Source of the DNA: Candidatus Poribacteria bacterium
Lineage (GTDB): Bacteria; Poribacteria; WGA-4E; PCPOR2b
NCBI GenBank assembly: GCA_965198175.1
Contig: OZ240245.1
Location: 352,001-416,000 of the forward strand
Length of the DNA stretch: 64,000 nt
Direction of reading: 5' to 3'
This document shows, piece after piece, positions 10,212 to 22,422 of this stretch; position 1 is the first letter of the stretch; every line of letters starts with the position of its first letter. The notes beneath the pieces are model-generated. The model did no database searches, was not told the DNA's origin, and worked only from the letters and a program-made list of their open reading frames with translations. The translations under genes and the position numbers were made by a program.

Positions 10212-10240
10212 ATTATACTATATATTGAGTCATACTGCAA
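10212..10240 (-). promoter_or_regulatory. Sigma70-type promoter for the PhyH cluster
   Basis: TTGCAG-17 nt-TATAAT on the minus strand. Confidence 0.65.
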
Positions 10241-10242
10241 CC

Positions 10243-10285
10243 AATAAAAGGACAATACCTGAGATTCTCCTAATCTCAGGTATTG
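10243..10285 (-). terminator. Intrinsic terminator downstream of the gyrase/TPR/peptidase run
   Basis: Perfect 14-bp inverted repeat CAATACCTGAGATT/AATCTCAGGTATTG (10253-10285), followed on the minus strand by TCCTTTTATT. Confidence 0.65.
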
Positions 10286-10400
10286 AGTAAATTTTTATCG
10301 TCCATGTCCTTTCTACGCATGACCGGTAAATTTCTCATTATAAGCGAAGGCAATTCCCACGAATACGAGGGATTCAGTTTCACGACGGCTCACATCTACT

Positions 10401-12143
10401 TCATTCCAGATTGCCATCACCCACTAGTGCCTCAAAAAAGAACACTTTCCAGCGAACGTTGTCAGGATTGACTGCCGGCGAAAGGTAGAGCGGATACGTA
10501 TAAAGCTCTCCAGCCCGTATGGATTTCATTGACGCCCTAGTCGTAATCACGGATGTAATCACCGATTCGCCTTCTGTTACAGCGATTAGTGGCGCCATCA
10601 CACCAATCGAATCGTCTGGAACAGCGATGATATCCCAATACCTTGGATGTACGGGATTCCGCAATACAGCAAAATAAAACTCCACGTTCTCGCCTCGCCT
10701 GGTACTATACGCGTAAGATGATGTCCTTCCATTTGATGAGTAAGGTTCCGGTTGCACACTGGGAACAAGAATAACCTGTTCGACGGTCGTTCCAAAATTT
10801 GGGATGGTGAGTTGTGCCTTTCCATCCCCGGTCAACGGCATGTGACGGACCGCTATTGGTAGAGACGCTTGTAGTTCAATCACCCGTATATCGTAAGGGT
10901 ACTTCCCATCGGTCTCAAAGGCGATATTCAACGCCCCCTCTCCACCGCTGCCTGACAGGCCAATATAGTCTGCCGCATAGACATCAATCCTGTTACCGGT
11001 AACGGCAACCGGGTGTGATTGATGGTTACGGTGGAGCCGCAGATTCAGACGCTCGTTTCTATAGCCATACTGTCCTTTTGCAAATTGGGAATCGTCCAGG
11101 AAGTTTGCTACCTTCCAATCGGCAAAGATGGTCGAGAAAGTCTTCGTCACGCCACGTGAATGCAACGCATTATTGATACCGGTAATTCCATTTCCACGGT
11201 GCTTTATAACTGCCGCGATTGTTTCTGGACCACCGTAATGTTCGTGGAGATACAGCATCCATGTATACGCCGCGCCATAATGCGATAATTGGCTCCGGGT
11301 CCTATGCGGCCAATTGACCAATGATACACTTGCATTTCGTTCAAACGGTGTGACATGGTCTTCAGCACTGTATCCACAGATAAACATGGCATAATCAGAA
11401 CACCCTTCATTGACCCAAATCGCTTCGTCTTTATCGTGCCGCCAGTGGATAAGATGCTGAAACTCGTGAGTTAATACTCCCAACCCCTTCTCACTTCCAG
11501 CATCTAGGGGATGGGTGTCAATGTAGATCATGTCGCGCTCATTGCTATGCACCAGTGTGCCGAATTCTGGATGTTGGAGCACTCCTTGCTGCTGATCGAC
11601 GGGGCTAAAAAATCCACCGATAAATCCACCGCTGACTGTCACGAGATCTCGAATGTCTAGTAAGAGTATATAGATTTTTGTCTCACCATCAATGTTGGGG
11701 GGAGGGCCAAATAGTTCAGTTTCAATTTGATAGATGCCTCGCGTTCGATCAGCCGGTGTTGCATCGTCAAACGCATGCCGCACGGTCTCAACCGTTGCTG
11801 CATTGACAGTGCGCTTCCACTGCGAATTTTCGACGAAGATATAGCAGAATTTACCAACTTTTTGCAATGTCGATTGAACAATATATTGTTCATGCTTTCT
11901 AAAATCAATTGAGAAGAAAGCCTGGCGGTTGCCTACTTTAATTTGAGGTGCACACGGTTGAGCGGGCGCGGAAGAAGGCAATGTTTGGTTAAAGCTGAAT
12001 CCTTCTCCCTCAAAAAAAAAGGGAGTACCATCAATCCAGCCATGAGCCATTGACACTCCCAATACCGCGAAGATAATCGTTATATGTCGTAATGCGTAAT
12101 ACGTGGAACGAGAAACGTAAAATCGGATTGGATTGACTGTCAT
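10401..12143 (-). CDS. Secreted zinc metallopeptidase (HEFQH...NEG; M30/immune inhibitor A-like)
   Basis: Signal-like N-terminus, THEFQHLIH and WVNEGCS. Confidence 0.8.
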   Translation of the reverse strand: MTVNPIRFYVSRSTYYALRHITIIFAVLGVSMAHGWIDGTPFFFEGEGFSFNQTLPSSAPAQPCAPQIKVGNRQAFFSIDFRKHEQYIVQSTLQKVGKFCYIFVENSQWKRTVNAATVETVRHAFDDATPADRTRGIYQIETELFGPPPNIDGETKIYILLLDIRDLVTVSGGFIGGFFSPVDQQQGVLQHPEFGTLVHSNERDMIYIDTHPLDAGSEKGLGVLTHEFQHLIHWRHDKDEAIWVNEGCSDYAMFICGYSAEDHVTPFERNASVSLVNWPHRTRSQLSHYGAAYTWMLYLHEHYGGPETIAAVIKHRGNGITGINNALHSRGVTKTFSTIFADWKVANFLDDSQFAKGQYGYRNERLNLRLHRNHQSHPVAVTGNRIDVYAADYIGLSGSGGEGALNIAFETDGKYPYDIRVIELQASLPIAVRHMPLTGDGKAQLTIPNFGTTVEQVILVPSVQPEPYSSNGRTSSYAYSTRRGENVEFYFAVLRNPVHPRYWDIIAVPDDSIGVMAPLIAVTEGESVITSVITTRASMKSIRAGELYTYPLYLSPAVNPDNVRWKVFFFEALVGDGNLE

Positions 12144-12205
12144 TCTTCTCCTCCTCTCCTCATTCCACTATTCCTTCCATCCTGACCTCATAGTTTCTTC
12201 TACGC

Positions 12206-13747
12206 CTACCTTTCTTCACTCTCGCCATTTCCCAGTTTTCTCAGCTTTTCTTGTATTTTCACATTATCTGGTTCAAGTTGAATCGCTTTCTGCCAAGCTG
12301 CGATTGCTTTCTTTTTGTACCCGGCCTTCAGATAGACCTCTCCAAGGTGATCTTGAATTTCAACGCTGTTGGGAATGTGCCGAACAGCCTTTTCAAGATT
12401 CTCTAGGGCCGCGGTCAGTTTCCCTTGCTTGAAATATACCCAACCCAGACTATCAAGGTAAGCTCCATTTTCCTGCGATTTCTCCAGCGCTTTCTTGATG
12501 AGTTCGACAGCCTCGTCTAGGTTGGTGCTATATTCCGCAAAGAGATAACCAAGCGCGTTATATCCTTCATCACGCTCGGGAGCCAGTGCAATCGCTTTTC
12601 TGAGATAATATTCAGCTTTCTCAAAGTCCCCAAGTGTCTGATAAGCAAGTCCAATCCAATAGTTTGCATCTACATTGTCCGAATCGTCATCTAAAACCCC
12701 TTGTAAAACCTCTATTGCTTTTTCTTCTTTCCACAAGTAGGTATAAAGACTTCCAAGACGAGTACGAAAAACCCTCAGCCCGTAATCGTACTTATCTCGC
12801 TCCCCTGGATTAAGCCGGCGCAGTTCTGTATAAACATCGATGGCTTTTTGGAGATTTTCTTCCGCAACTTCTGCGATGTTAGTTGCTCCAGACTGATTCC
12901 AAATTTGATTTTCAAGTTTATCATATTCTTTAACATATAATGTTCCCAACTCTTGATACACCAGCGGCATATTCCGATCGATCCTGACCGCCCGCTCGTA
13001 AGCGGCGATCGCTTCTTGATTCTTCCCTAATTGAACGTAGGCATTCCCGAGTCTCTCATAGTATATAGGCTGATAAGATTCGATACGCGTGAGTTCTTTG
13101 AAAGCATGTACTGCTGATTCGTAATCGTGTCGATTGTATGCATGTCCTCCAAGATATTGATATGAGTCTACGAGGCACCTAACGATTCTTCCCCCAAACT
13201 GTACCGTAGCATGATTGGAATTGAGCTCAACCACTTTCTCGAATTCTGCAATGGCATCGTCCAATTTTCCAGTGTTGTTATTATGTCGCTTCAGTAGAAT
13301 ATAACCCAACAGGAAGTGAGGAGCTGGCATTTGTGGATTAATCGCAATCGCCCTACGACATTCTTGCTCCGCTCTTCTGATGTTTTGCAGATCTATCAAA
13401 AGACTCGCAAATTGAGTATGAACAAAGGCTGAAGGCTCATATTCATCCAAAACCTGCTTATATGCCCTTTTTACATCGGACTGTCGTTTTTCAATCCTTA
13501 AGTAAGTCGACCGTAGGTAAGCAGCCCAAGCTAGTTGTGAATAAACACGTGTCGCCCGTTCATACTCACGGTTTAACGGTCGATTTATCACAGGAGGATT
13601 GTCGGTTAAGACTATCGCGCTCCCTATTCGGTCGCTTGATCCTATCACATCCGCTTGGGTAAAGGGAACTGCTAAAATTAGCAAAATGATACAATACGTA
13701 ATACGTGAAACGTAAAACATGAGAAAAGATGAAGTCAATCGTTCCAT
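12206..13747 (-). CDS. Exported TPR repeat protein
   Basis: Signal peptide-like N-terminus; many TPRs incl. YNALGY...YLDSLGWVYF...DHLGEVY. Confidence 0.88.
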   Translation of the reverse strand: MERLTSSFLMFYVSRITYCIILLILAVPFTQADVIGSSDRIGSAIVLTDNPPVINRPLNREYERATRVYSQLAWAAYLRSTYLRIEKRQSDVKRAYKQVLDEYEPSAFVHTQFASLLIDLQNIRRAEQECRRAIAINPQMPAPHFLLGYILLKRHNNNTGKLDDAIAEFEKVVELNSNHATVQFGGRIVRCLVDSYQYLGGHAYNRHDYESAVHAFKELTRIESYQPIYYERLGNAYVQLGKNQEAIAAYERAVRIDRNMPLVYQELGTLYVKEYDKLENQIWNQSGATNIAEVAEENLQKAIDVYTELRRLNPGERDKYDYGLRVFRTRLGSLYTYLWKEEKAIEVLQGVLDDDSDNVDANYWIGLAYQTLGDFEKAEYYLRKAIALAPERDEGYNALGYLFAEYSTNLDEAVELIKKALEKSQENGAYLDSLGWVYFKQGKLTAALENLEKAVRHIPNSVEIQDHLGEVYLKAGYKKKAIAAWQKAIQLEPDNVKIQEKLRKLGNGESEER

Positions 13748-13780
13748 TTCCTTTCCCTAATTTCCCTGTATTCTTTTCCT

Positions 13781-16231
13781 TTATTCCTGCGCATCGCTGT
13801 CATTTCCGGAAATTTTTCCAACATCAACGACAATCTCATCGGGACGCAAAGCCATCAGGCGAACCCCTTGAGTGTTTCTTCCAATTGTACGTATGTCGCT
13901 TACAGAGATACGAGTCACCATGCCATTTGAACTTATGAAAATTAGTTCATCATCATCCGAAACCATTTTCACGGCAACAACGGCGCCGTTACGCGTGCTT
14001 GTTTTAATAGCAATCACTCCCTTTCCGGCACGCGCTTGCAAGCGGTATTCTTCCAAGGAAGTTCGTTTCCCATAGCCGTTTTCCGTAACAACAAGAAGGG
14101 TTGGCCCCTCATTAGTAGCAGAAACCATTCCGACGACAGCACCATCATCGGCTAAACGAATACCCCGCACCCCGGCCGCTGTTCGCCCCATACTGCGGAC
14201 CTCAGCTTCATTAAAGCGAATGGACAATCCGGATTTGGTCACAAGGACAATGTAGTGGTCTCCTTCGGTTAACTGCGCCTCAATCAACTTATCGCCCTCA
14301 TCAAGATTGATGGCTATAATTCCAGCAGAATATGGCCTGCTAAAAACGTCAAGGCTGCATTTTTTTACAATCCCGTTTTGAGTCGCCATGAAAACAAACC
14401 GATTTTCGTCAAATTCCCGCACCGAGACAAATGCAGTAATTTGTTCGTTGTTCTCCACCCGAATAAGGTTGACAATCGCTCGACCAACTGACGTCCGGCT
14501 GCCCTCAGGAATCTCAAAAACTTTGAGCCAATAGCACTTTCCGCAATCCGTAAAGAATAGGATATACTGGTGGGCAGAGGCAACAAATATTTGTTCGACA
14601 AAATCGCCTTCTTTTGTCCCCATCCCTATAACCCCGACGCCACCTCGATGCTGACGCCGGTAGACTGAGATTGGCATCCGTTTGATGTAGCCGGTATGTG
14701 AGATAACCACAACCATCTCTTCATCGGCAATCAAATCCTCAATATTGAACTCTTTGATAGCATCAACGATTTGAGTTCGCCGTTCGTCACCGTATTTGGA
14801 TTTTAATTCTAATAGCTCTTTCTTGAGAATGTCCGTAATCAGCATCTCACTTTCGAGAATGGCTTTCAGTTCTTCAATCTGTTCGAGGAGATTGGCGTAT
14901 TCGTTATTAATTTTCTGTCGTTCCAAGCCGGTTAACTGACGTAATGTCATCCCCAAAATCTCGTTTGCTTGTACTTCCGACAGCGAATAATTTCTTATTA
15001 GTTCATCCCGCGCATCTTGTGGATTGTCCGCTGATTGAACAATCTCAATTACCTCTTCAATTTGACTTAAGGCGATGCGATACCCTTCCAGAATATGAGC
15101 TCGCCTTTCACAGTGATCCAGATCAAACTGAGTTCGACGACGGAGAACCTCTCTGCGGTGTTCGAGATATGCCTTCAGTATCTCTTTGAGAGGCAACACT
15201 TTTGGAATTCCGTTGACTAGGCACAACATGATTGCGCTGAAGTTACTCTGCATCTGAGTGTGTTTGTACAACTGATTCAAGATGACCTGTGCAATCTCGC
15301 CCCGCTTGAGCTCAACAATAACACGAATTTCCCGATCTGATTCATCACGAATATCCGAAATCCCAGTGATTGTTTTACTGACGACCATTTCATACATCTT
15401 CTCAAGCAACTGATTTTTCTTAATCTGGTAGGGAATCTCTGTAATGATGATCTGTTCCCTTCCTCCTGTCATCCGCTCAACTACAACTTTTGCCCGAACC
15501 GTGATGATGCCCTTGCCAGCTCCATACATTTCACGAATGCCCTTTTGTCCAACAATTAAACCCGCCGTCGGAAAATCGGGACCCGGAATGGATTTCATCA
15601 GCTCTTCAACCGTGGCGTCCGGATTCTCAAGGATTAAAATTAAACCATTGACAATCTCGTTTAAATTATGGGGTGGGATACGGGTGAGATACCCGACGCC
15701 AATTCCGGTAGTACCGTTAATAATCAAGTTAGGCAAACATGCTGGAAGCACTGTTGGTTCAGTCGCCGACTCTTTGTAGTTTGGCTGAAAATCGACAGTA
15801 TTCTTATGAATATCTGCCAGCATCTCATTGGCAATTGGCATTAAACGGCATTCCGTGTAACGCATGGCGCCAGCGGGATCGTCGTCAATCGATCCAAAGT
15901 TCCCCTGTCCGTCAATTAAGGGACAGCGCATCACAAAATCTTGCACCATCCCGACCAAAGTGTCGTAAATCCCGCCATCTCCGTGCGGATGAAAATTTTT
16001 CATCACCTCGCCAACAACCGCTGCGCACTTGTCGTAAGGACGATTAGCTGTCAGGTTAATCTCACCCATAGCATAAATGATGCGCCGCGTGCTCGGTTTC
16101 ATCCCGTCTCTCACATCAGGAATTGCCCGGTTCGTATTGACGCTCATCGCATAGGTCAAGTAGGATTCTTTTAACTCTTCTTCGATGTATCTCGTTACGA
16201 TATTCTGGTTGTCTCTGTCCGATGTTAACAC
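13781..16231 (-). CDS. gyrA: DNA gyrase subunit A
   Basis: RAIPDVRDG, HPHGD, AMRYTE, GyrA-box QHRGGVG, beta-pinwheel repeats. Confidence 0.98.
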   Translation of the reverse strand: MLTSDRDNQNIVTRYIEEELKESYLTYAMSVNTNRAIPDVRDGMKPSTRRIIYAMGEINLTANRPYDKCAAVVGEVMKNFHPHGDGGIYDTLVGMVQDFVMRCPLIDGQGNFGSIDDDPAGAMRYTECRLMPIANEMLADIHKNTVDFQPNYKESATEPTVLPACLPNLIINGTTGIGVGYLTRIPPHNLNEIVNGLILILENPDATVEELMKSIPGPDFPTAGLIVGQKGIREMYGAGKGIITVRAKVVVERMTGGREQIIITEIPYQIKKNQLLEKMYEMVVSKTITGISDIRDESDREIRVIVELKRGEIAQVILNQLYKHTQMQSNFSAIMLCLVNGIPKVLPLKEILKAYLEHRREVLRRRTQFDLDHCERRAHILEGYRIALSQIEEVIEIVQSADNPQDARDELIRNYSLSEVQANEILGMTLRQLTGLERQKINNEYANLLEQIEELKAILESEMLITDILKKELLELKSKYGDERRTQIVDAIKEFNIEDLIADEEMVVVISHTGYIKRMPISVYRRQHRGGVGVIGMGTKEGDFVEQIFVASAHQYILFFTDCGKCYWLKVFEIPEGSRTSVGRAIVNLIRVENNEQITAFVSVREFDENRFVFMATQNGIVKKCSLDVFSRPYSAGIIAINLDEGDKLIEAQLTEGDHYIVLVTKSGLSIRFNEAEVRSMGRTAAGVRGIRLADDGAVVGMVSATNEGPTLLVVTENGYGKRTSLEEYRLQARAGKGVIAIKTSTRNGAVVAVKMVSDDDELIFISSNGMVTRISVSDIRTIGRNTQGVRLMALRPDEIVVDVGKISGNDSDAQE

Positions 16232-16316
16232 GTTCTATCCCACTTCCGTTGTATTTAACCCATTAGGCATTGCAGCGAGTGAGGACAATTCCTTATTTCC
16301 AATCAAAGTTCATGGC

Positions 16317-18782
<2,466 letters not shown>

Positions 18783-18876
18783 TTATCAGTTGATATCTAT
18801 TTAATAATTCGGGAAGGAAATAGATAAGTCGAGAAGAACACCGCTACACTTTCTGATTCTAAGCAGGTAAACTACG

Positions 18877-19461
18877 TCAATGTGGGCAGCTGTAGCCGCG
18901 CTCAACAGAATCTGTATTGTGATTAGATTGATTCCGGGAGGAGATGAAATTGGAGTGCGATGGGGCATCATCAATTAAAGCGCGTTGGCTCTGTTTGATA
19001 AAGACACGTTTTAAGCATGCTTTCAACTCTAGATCTTTTACTTTAGCAACCGTTTTATCAATTCGTTCTAAAATTTGAGGGGAAAGCTCAACCTTTTCTA
19101 ATCTATTTAGACGCTTGGAAGGTGGACTAGGTTGCATCTTTCGCGGAGAAGGATTGATAGGCTTCACAAAAAACTGCAAGTCTCTTACCACAGTTTGCCC
19201 AACAGTGTCGTTAATTTTTTCGATGACATGCTGTTTAAGCAGCAATAGCTCCGTTATCAAAACGGTATTTACCGTATAAACCGTTAATTTCCCGTTAATC
19301 AGCGATATAGGTTGGGTATTGCGTGCAACAGGTTCTCCAACAGCACTAGCCCAAGCAGCAAGTCCTTTTGCCTCAAGAATTTTCTGATCGAAACCATACT
19401 CGCGCAACAAGTATGAAAGAATTTGTTCAATTTTATGGGTTTTGTCTGATAACTTGTCCAT
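18877..19461 (-). CDS. dciA: DUF721/DciA family helicase-loading protein
   Basis: W..AVG..VA.NTQP..L..G.L.V pattern; position between recF and gyrB. Confidence 0.75.
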   Translation of the reverse strand: MDKLSDKTHKIEQILSYLLREYGFDQKILEAKGLAAWASAVGEPVARNTQPISLINGKLTVYTVNTVLITELLLLKQHVIEKINDTVGQTVVRDLQFFVKPINPSPRKMQPSPPSKRLNRLEKVELSPQILERIDKTVAKVKDLELKACLKRVFIKQSQRALIDDAPSHSNFISSRNQSNHNTDSVERGYSCPH

Positions 19462-20755
19462 TTTGTACCGTTAAAATGCAGCAATCTTCGAGTGATTTGG
19501 TCCAAACCTCCCGCCGGGTCGAAGTGATGAATGTTTGTGAATTTAACCGTTGTAGCAAATCGAACAGAAATGTCGATCGCATCTCATCGAGTTCTGAGAT
19601 AACATCATCCAATAGTACAATCGGCGTTTTATTTGTTAATCCATGTATCAACTCTAACTCCCCCAATTTTAGAGCTAACGCAATCGTCCGCTGTTGTCCC
19701 TGTGAACAGAAGGATTTAGCCTCCTGACGTTGGAAGTAGTCGCCTTGACCTGTTTCTAACATCAGTTTCAAATCATCTCGATGGGGACCTACTGAGGTTG
19801 TCCCACGTAGGATATCGTACGATCGAGAACAAGTTAAGGCTTTCAGATAGTCGTCCACAGCTTCCGATTGGCTGATGGAGTCGATACCTTCAAGAGCTTG
19901 AGGAGGCTGGTACTCCAAGTCGAGTGTTTCACTCCCACCGGTCAATTCGGCATGTTTTACTTGTGCATACGTTTTCAACCGATCAAGAATACTTTTTCGA
20001 GTTTGGATAATAGCAATGCCATCTTCAATGAGTAGCATGTCCCAAGGCTCCAAAAGCCCACCCTTCGCTTGTTTTGCCCGAATTTGCTTCAGGAGCTCAT
20101 TACGTTGCTTGAGCGCAAACTGGTAATTTTGCAAATGGTTTAAGTAAGCCGGACTGAGTTGAGAAATCAGAATATCAATAAAACGCCGGCGTTCGGATGG
20201 CGCGCCCTTCACGAGAGTAAGGGATTCGGGTGAAAAGAAAACAACATTGAACTGTCCAATCCACTGAGAAAGCTTCCGCTGAAGATCGCCATTGAGCTTA
20301 AACCGCTTTTTGCCATTCGATTCGTTCGAGACTTCCAGAGTCATGTTAAGCGAGTCGCAATCTTGACTATCGGGCTTGGACGAGGTAGAATAGCAATTTT
20401 CAGGGTCAGCAGATGGCTGGCATCCTTCAATATAGTTGGATTGAATCACCGAGTTGGCTAGCGGAAATTCGTGAAGTAGATTAGGGTGAGTTGCAGTGGG
20501 TTGGGTTGGTGTAGCCGCATCGAGATCAGCGGTAATCACGCCCTTAAGATAAAACCAGTTTTCGTTATGTCGAATAAGCTCATCATCTGGGTAGGCCCGG
20601 TGGGATTTAGCCGTACTAAGAAAGTAAATCGCCTCCAACAGACTGGTTTTCCCCTGGGCATTGCCGCCGATAATCAGGTTACCCCTATTTGGAAAATCAA
20701 GCTCGCAATCTACATAATTACGGAAGTTACGCAACACAAGGTGGTTTAGTCGCAT
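19433..20755 (-). CDS. recF: DNA replication/repair protein RecF with an internal insertion
   Basis: FRNY, GNAQGKT, GAPSERRRFID, GPHRDD, SQGQQR, LLDDVISELD. Confidence 0.96.
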   Translation of the reverse strand: MRLNHLVLRNFRNYVDCELDFPNRGNLIIGGNAQGKTSLLEAIYFLSTAKSHRAYPDDELIRHNENWFYLKGVITADLDAATPTQPTATHPNLLHEFPLANSVIQSNYIEGCQPSADPENCYSTSSKPDSQDCDSLNMTLEVSNESNGKKRFKLNGDLQRKLSQWIGQFNVVFFSPESLTLVKGAPSERRRFIDILISQLSPAYLNHLQNYQFALKQRNELLKQIRAKQAKGGLLEPWDMLLIEDGIAIIQTRKSILDRLKTYAQVKHAELTGGSETLDLEYQPPQALEGIDSISQSEAVDDYLKALTCSRSYDILRGTTSVGPHRDDLKLMLETGQGDYFQRQEAKSFCSQGQQRTIALALKLGELELIHGLTNKTPIVLLDDVISELDEMRSTFLFDLLQRLNSQTFITSTRREVWTKSLEDCCILTVQNGQVIRQNP

Positions 20756-20787
20756 CTTTATAAGAAGTTATGTATCAGAACTTAAGA

Positions 20788-21891
20788 TTAGGATTCAAGC
20801 CGCATAGGCATAATCAAACCAAGATGATTATCCTCGCCTACAGGTTTTAAAACGACTGCACTCAGCGAATCTTTGAACTCCATAGCCACCTCCTCGGTTT
20901 GAATATGCCTTAATACATCCATGAGAAAACGTGCATCAAATGCAATTTCGATTTCGCCATTGCTGCTTTTGAGCGCTATAGTCTCGTAAGCTTCTCCGAA
21001 TTCCGGTGTTTTTGCGGAGATGTTAACCGCGTTTTCATGGATGTCCAAACGGATGGAGTAATTCTTGGGGTTTGCGAACAGAGCGACACGCCTCAGAGCA
21101 CTGAAAAACAACTCTACGTCAAGAACAACTTGACCGGTGTTATCTTTCGGAATAATCTGCTCGTATTTAGGATATTCTCCTTCCACCAATCGAGAAGTAA
21201 GTGTTGCAACATCATCCGCGAAAATAATCTGATTTTCCCGCAAACAGAGCCGAATTTCCTGCGATTCGGCAAATGTTTTAGCGATCTCCCGGACTGCCTT
21301 GAGTGGAACGATGATGCCCAGAGGTTCCTGTGGTGTTGGTGTTAATGGGTCACTTGAAGCAATAGCTAGTCGTCGCCCGTCTGTCGCAACCATCTGAGTT
21401 ATTTCCGGCGTTAAACAGAAGTAGAGCCCGTTAAGGAAATATCGCGTTTCCTCAGTTGAAGCTGCAAACTCCGTTTTGTAAATCATTGATCGCAGAACTT
21501 CTCCTTCAATTGTGAAGAAGCCGTCCTGAATTGTAGGAAGTTTAGGAAATTCGTCATCGGGTAGGCCGATCATTTTGTAAGTGCCTTGGGCACACACAAT
21601 TTCAATACGATCGTTTGCTGTTGTCGAAAGCTTTATTTCTGCAGGTGGAAGTTCCCGGGCGATTTCAGCAAGCTTTCTAGCGGAAAGAGTAATTGCTCCT
21701 TCGTCAGAGATGGTACCCGGAACAATCATCCGAATCCCGACTTCCAAATCCGTCGATGCAATTTCGATTTTCCCGTTAGTTGCACGAATTAAGACATTCG
21801 ATAGAATCGGGAGCGTATTTCTTCCAGCGGCTACACCTTGTAATACCTGAATTGCTTTTAGCAAATCTTCCTTCTCAAACAATAACTCCAT
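20788..21891 (-). CDS. dnaN: DNA polymerase III beta clamp
   Basis: LPILSNVL, STDLE, ATDGRRL, GEYPKY, LIMPMR. Confidence 0.98.
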   Translation of the reverse strand: MELLFEKEDLLKAIQVLQGVAAGRNTLPILSNVLIRATNGKIEIASTDLEVGIRMIVPGTISDEGAITLSARKLAEIARELPPAEIKLSTTANDRIEIVCAQGTYKMIGLPDDEFPKLPTIQDGFFTIEGEVLRSMIYKTEFAASTEETRYFLNGLYFCLTPEITQMVATDGRRLAIASSDPLTPTPQEPLGIIVPLKAVREIAKTFAESQEIRLCLRENQIIFADDVATLTSRLVEGEYPKYEQIIPKDNTGQVVLDVELFFSALRRVALFANPKNYSIRLDIHENAVNISAKTPEFGEAYETIALKSSNGEIEIAFDARFLMDVLRHIQTEEVAMEFKDSLSAVVLKPVGEDNHLGLIMPMRLES

Positions 21892-21984
21892 CTTCCCCCT
21901 CCTTAGAAAAATGTAATCACAGTTTAAAATTTTTGTTCATCTTTAGATTTAGATGAATCGTCCTTAACCTATTTTCTTACTTCT

Positions 21985-22200
21985 TCTTTTAATTATATAA
22001 ATATTTAAATAGTAGTAGTAAGAGCTGTGTACATGTGTATAACTGTTGAAAACCTAGATGTTGATTGACAAATAATAATGTGTAAAAATTGTGGAAAAGT
22101 AATGAGTTATCCACAACTTTTGCACAATACTTAATTTATCCACACTCATCCACCGGCTATCCACAACGTTATCCACAACGTTATCCACAATCTATCCACA
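21985..22200. other. Replication origin oriC (dnaA-dnaN intergenic)
   Basis: DnaA boxes at 22034, 22079, 22090, 22107, 22118, 22136, 22157, 22169, 22181, 22192; TAG trios at about 22010-22020; adjacent AT-rich tract. Confidence 0.93.
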
Positions 22201-22422
22201 TAATTTTTTGTTAGATAGTTTTCTATTATTTTAACGCAAATGTTAAAATTTTGAAATTCCATAGACGTAGGTTTCTGATGTAGAAGTTATGACTACTGTG
22301 GTCGCCATCGAAATTTTTGCCGCCGCGACTATAGAGACTTAGGAATACAATGCCACGATGCAATCGAAATGTTGTACTACGTTTACGGTCTCAACAAATG
22401 CTGAGTTCACTCACAAATTGGG

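Noticed and set aside
20348..20524. Intein in RecF
   Set aside because: Too short and lacks the Cys/Ser start and His-Asn end motifs
22157..22200. 12-bp tandem repeat as a CRISPR or VNTR
   Set aside because: Units are DnaA boxes with no unique spacers; no cas genes
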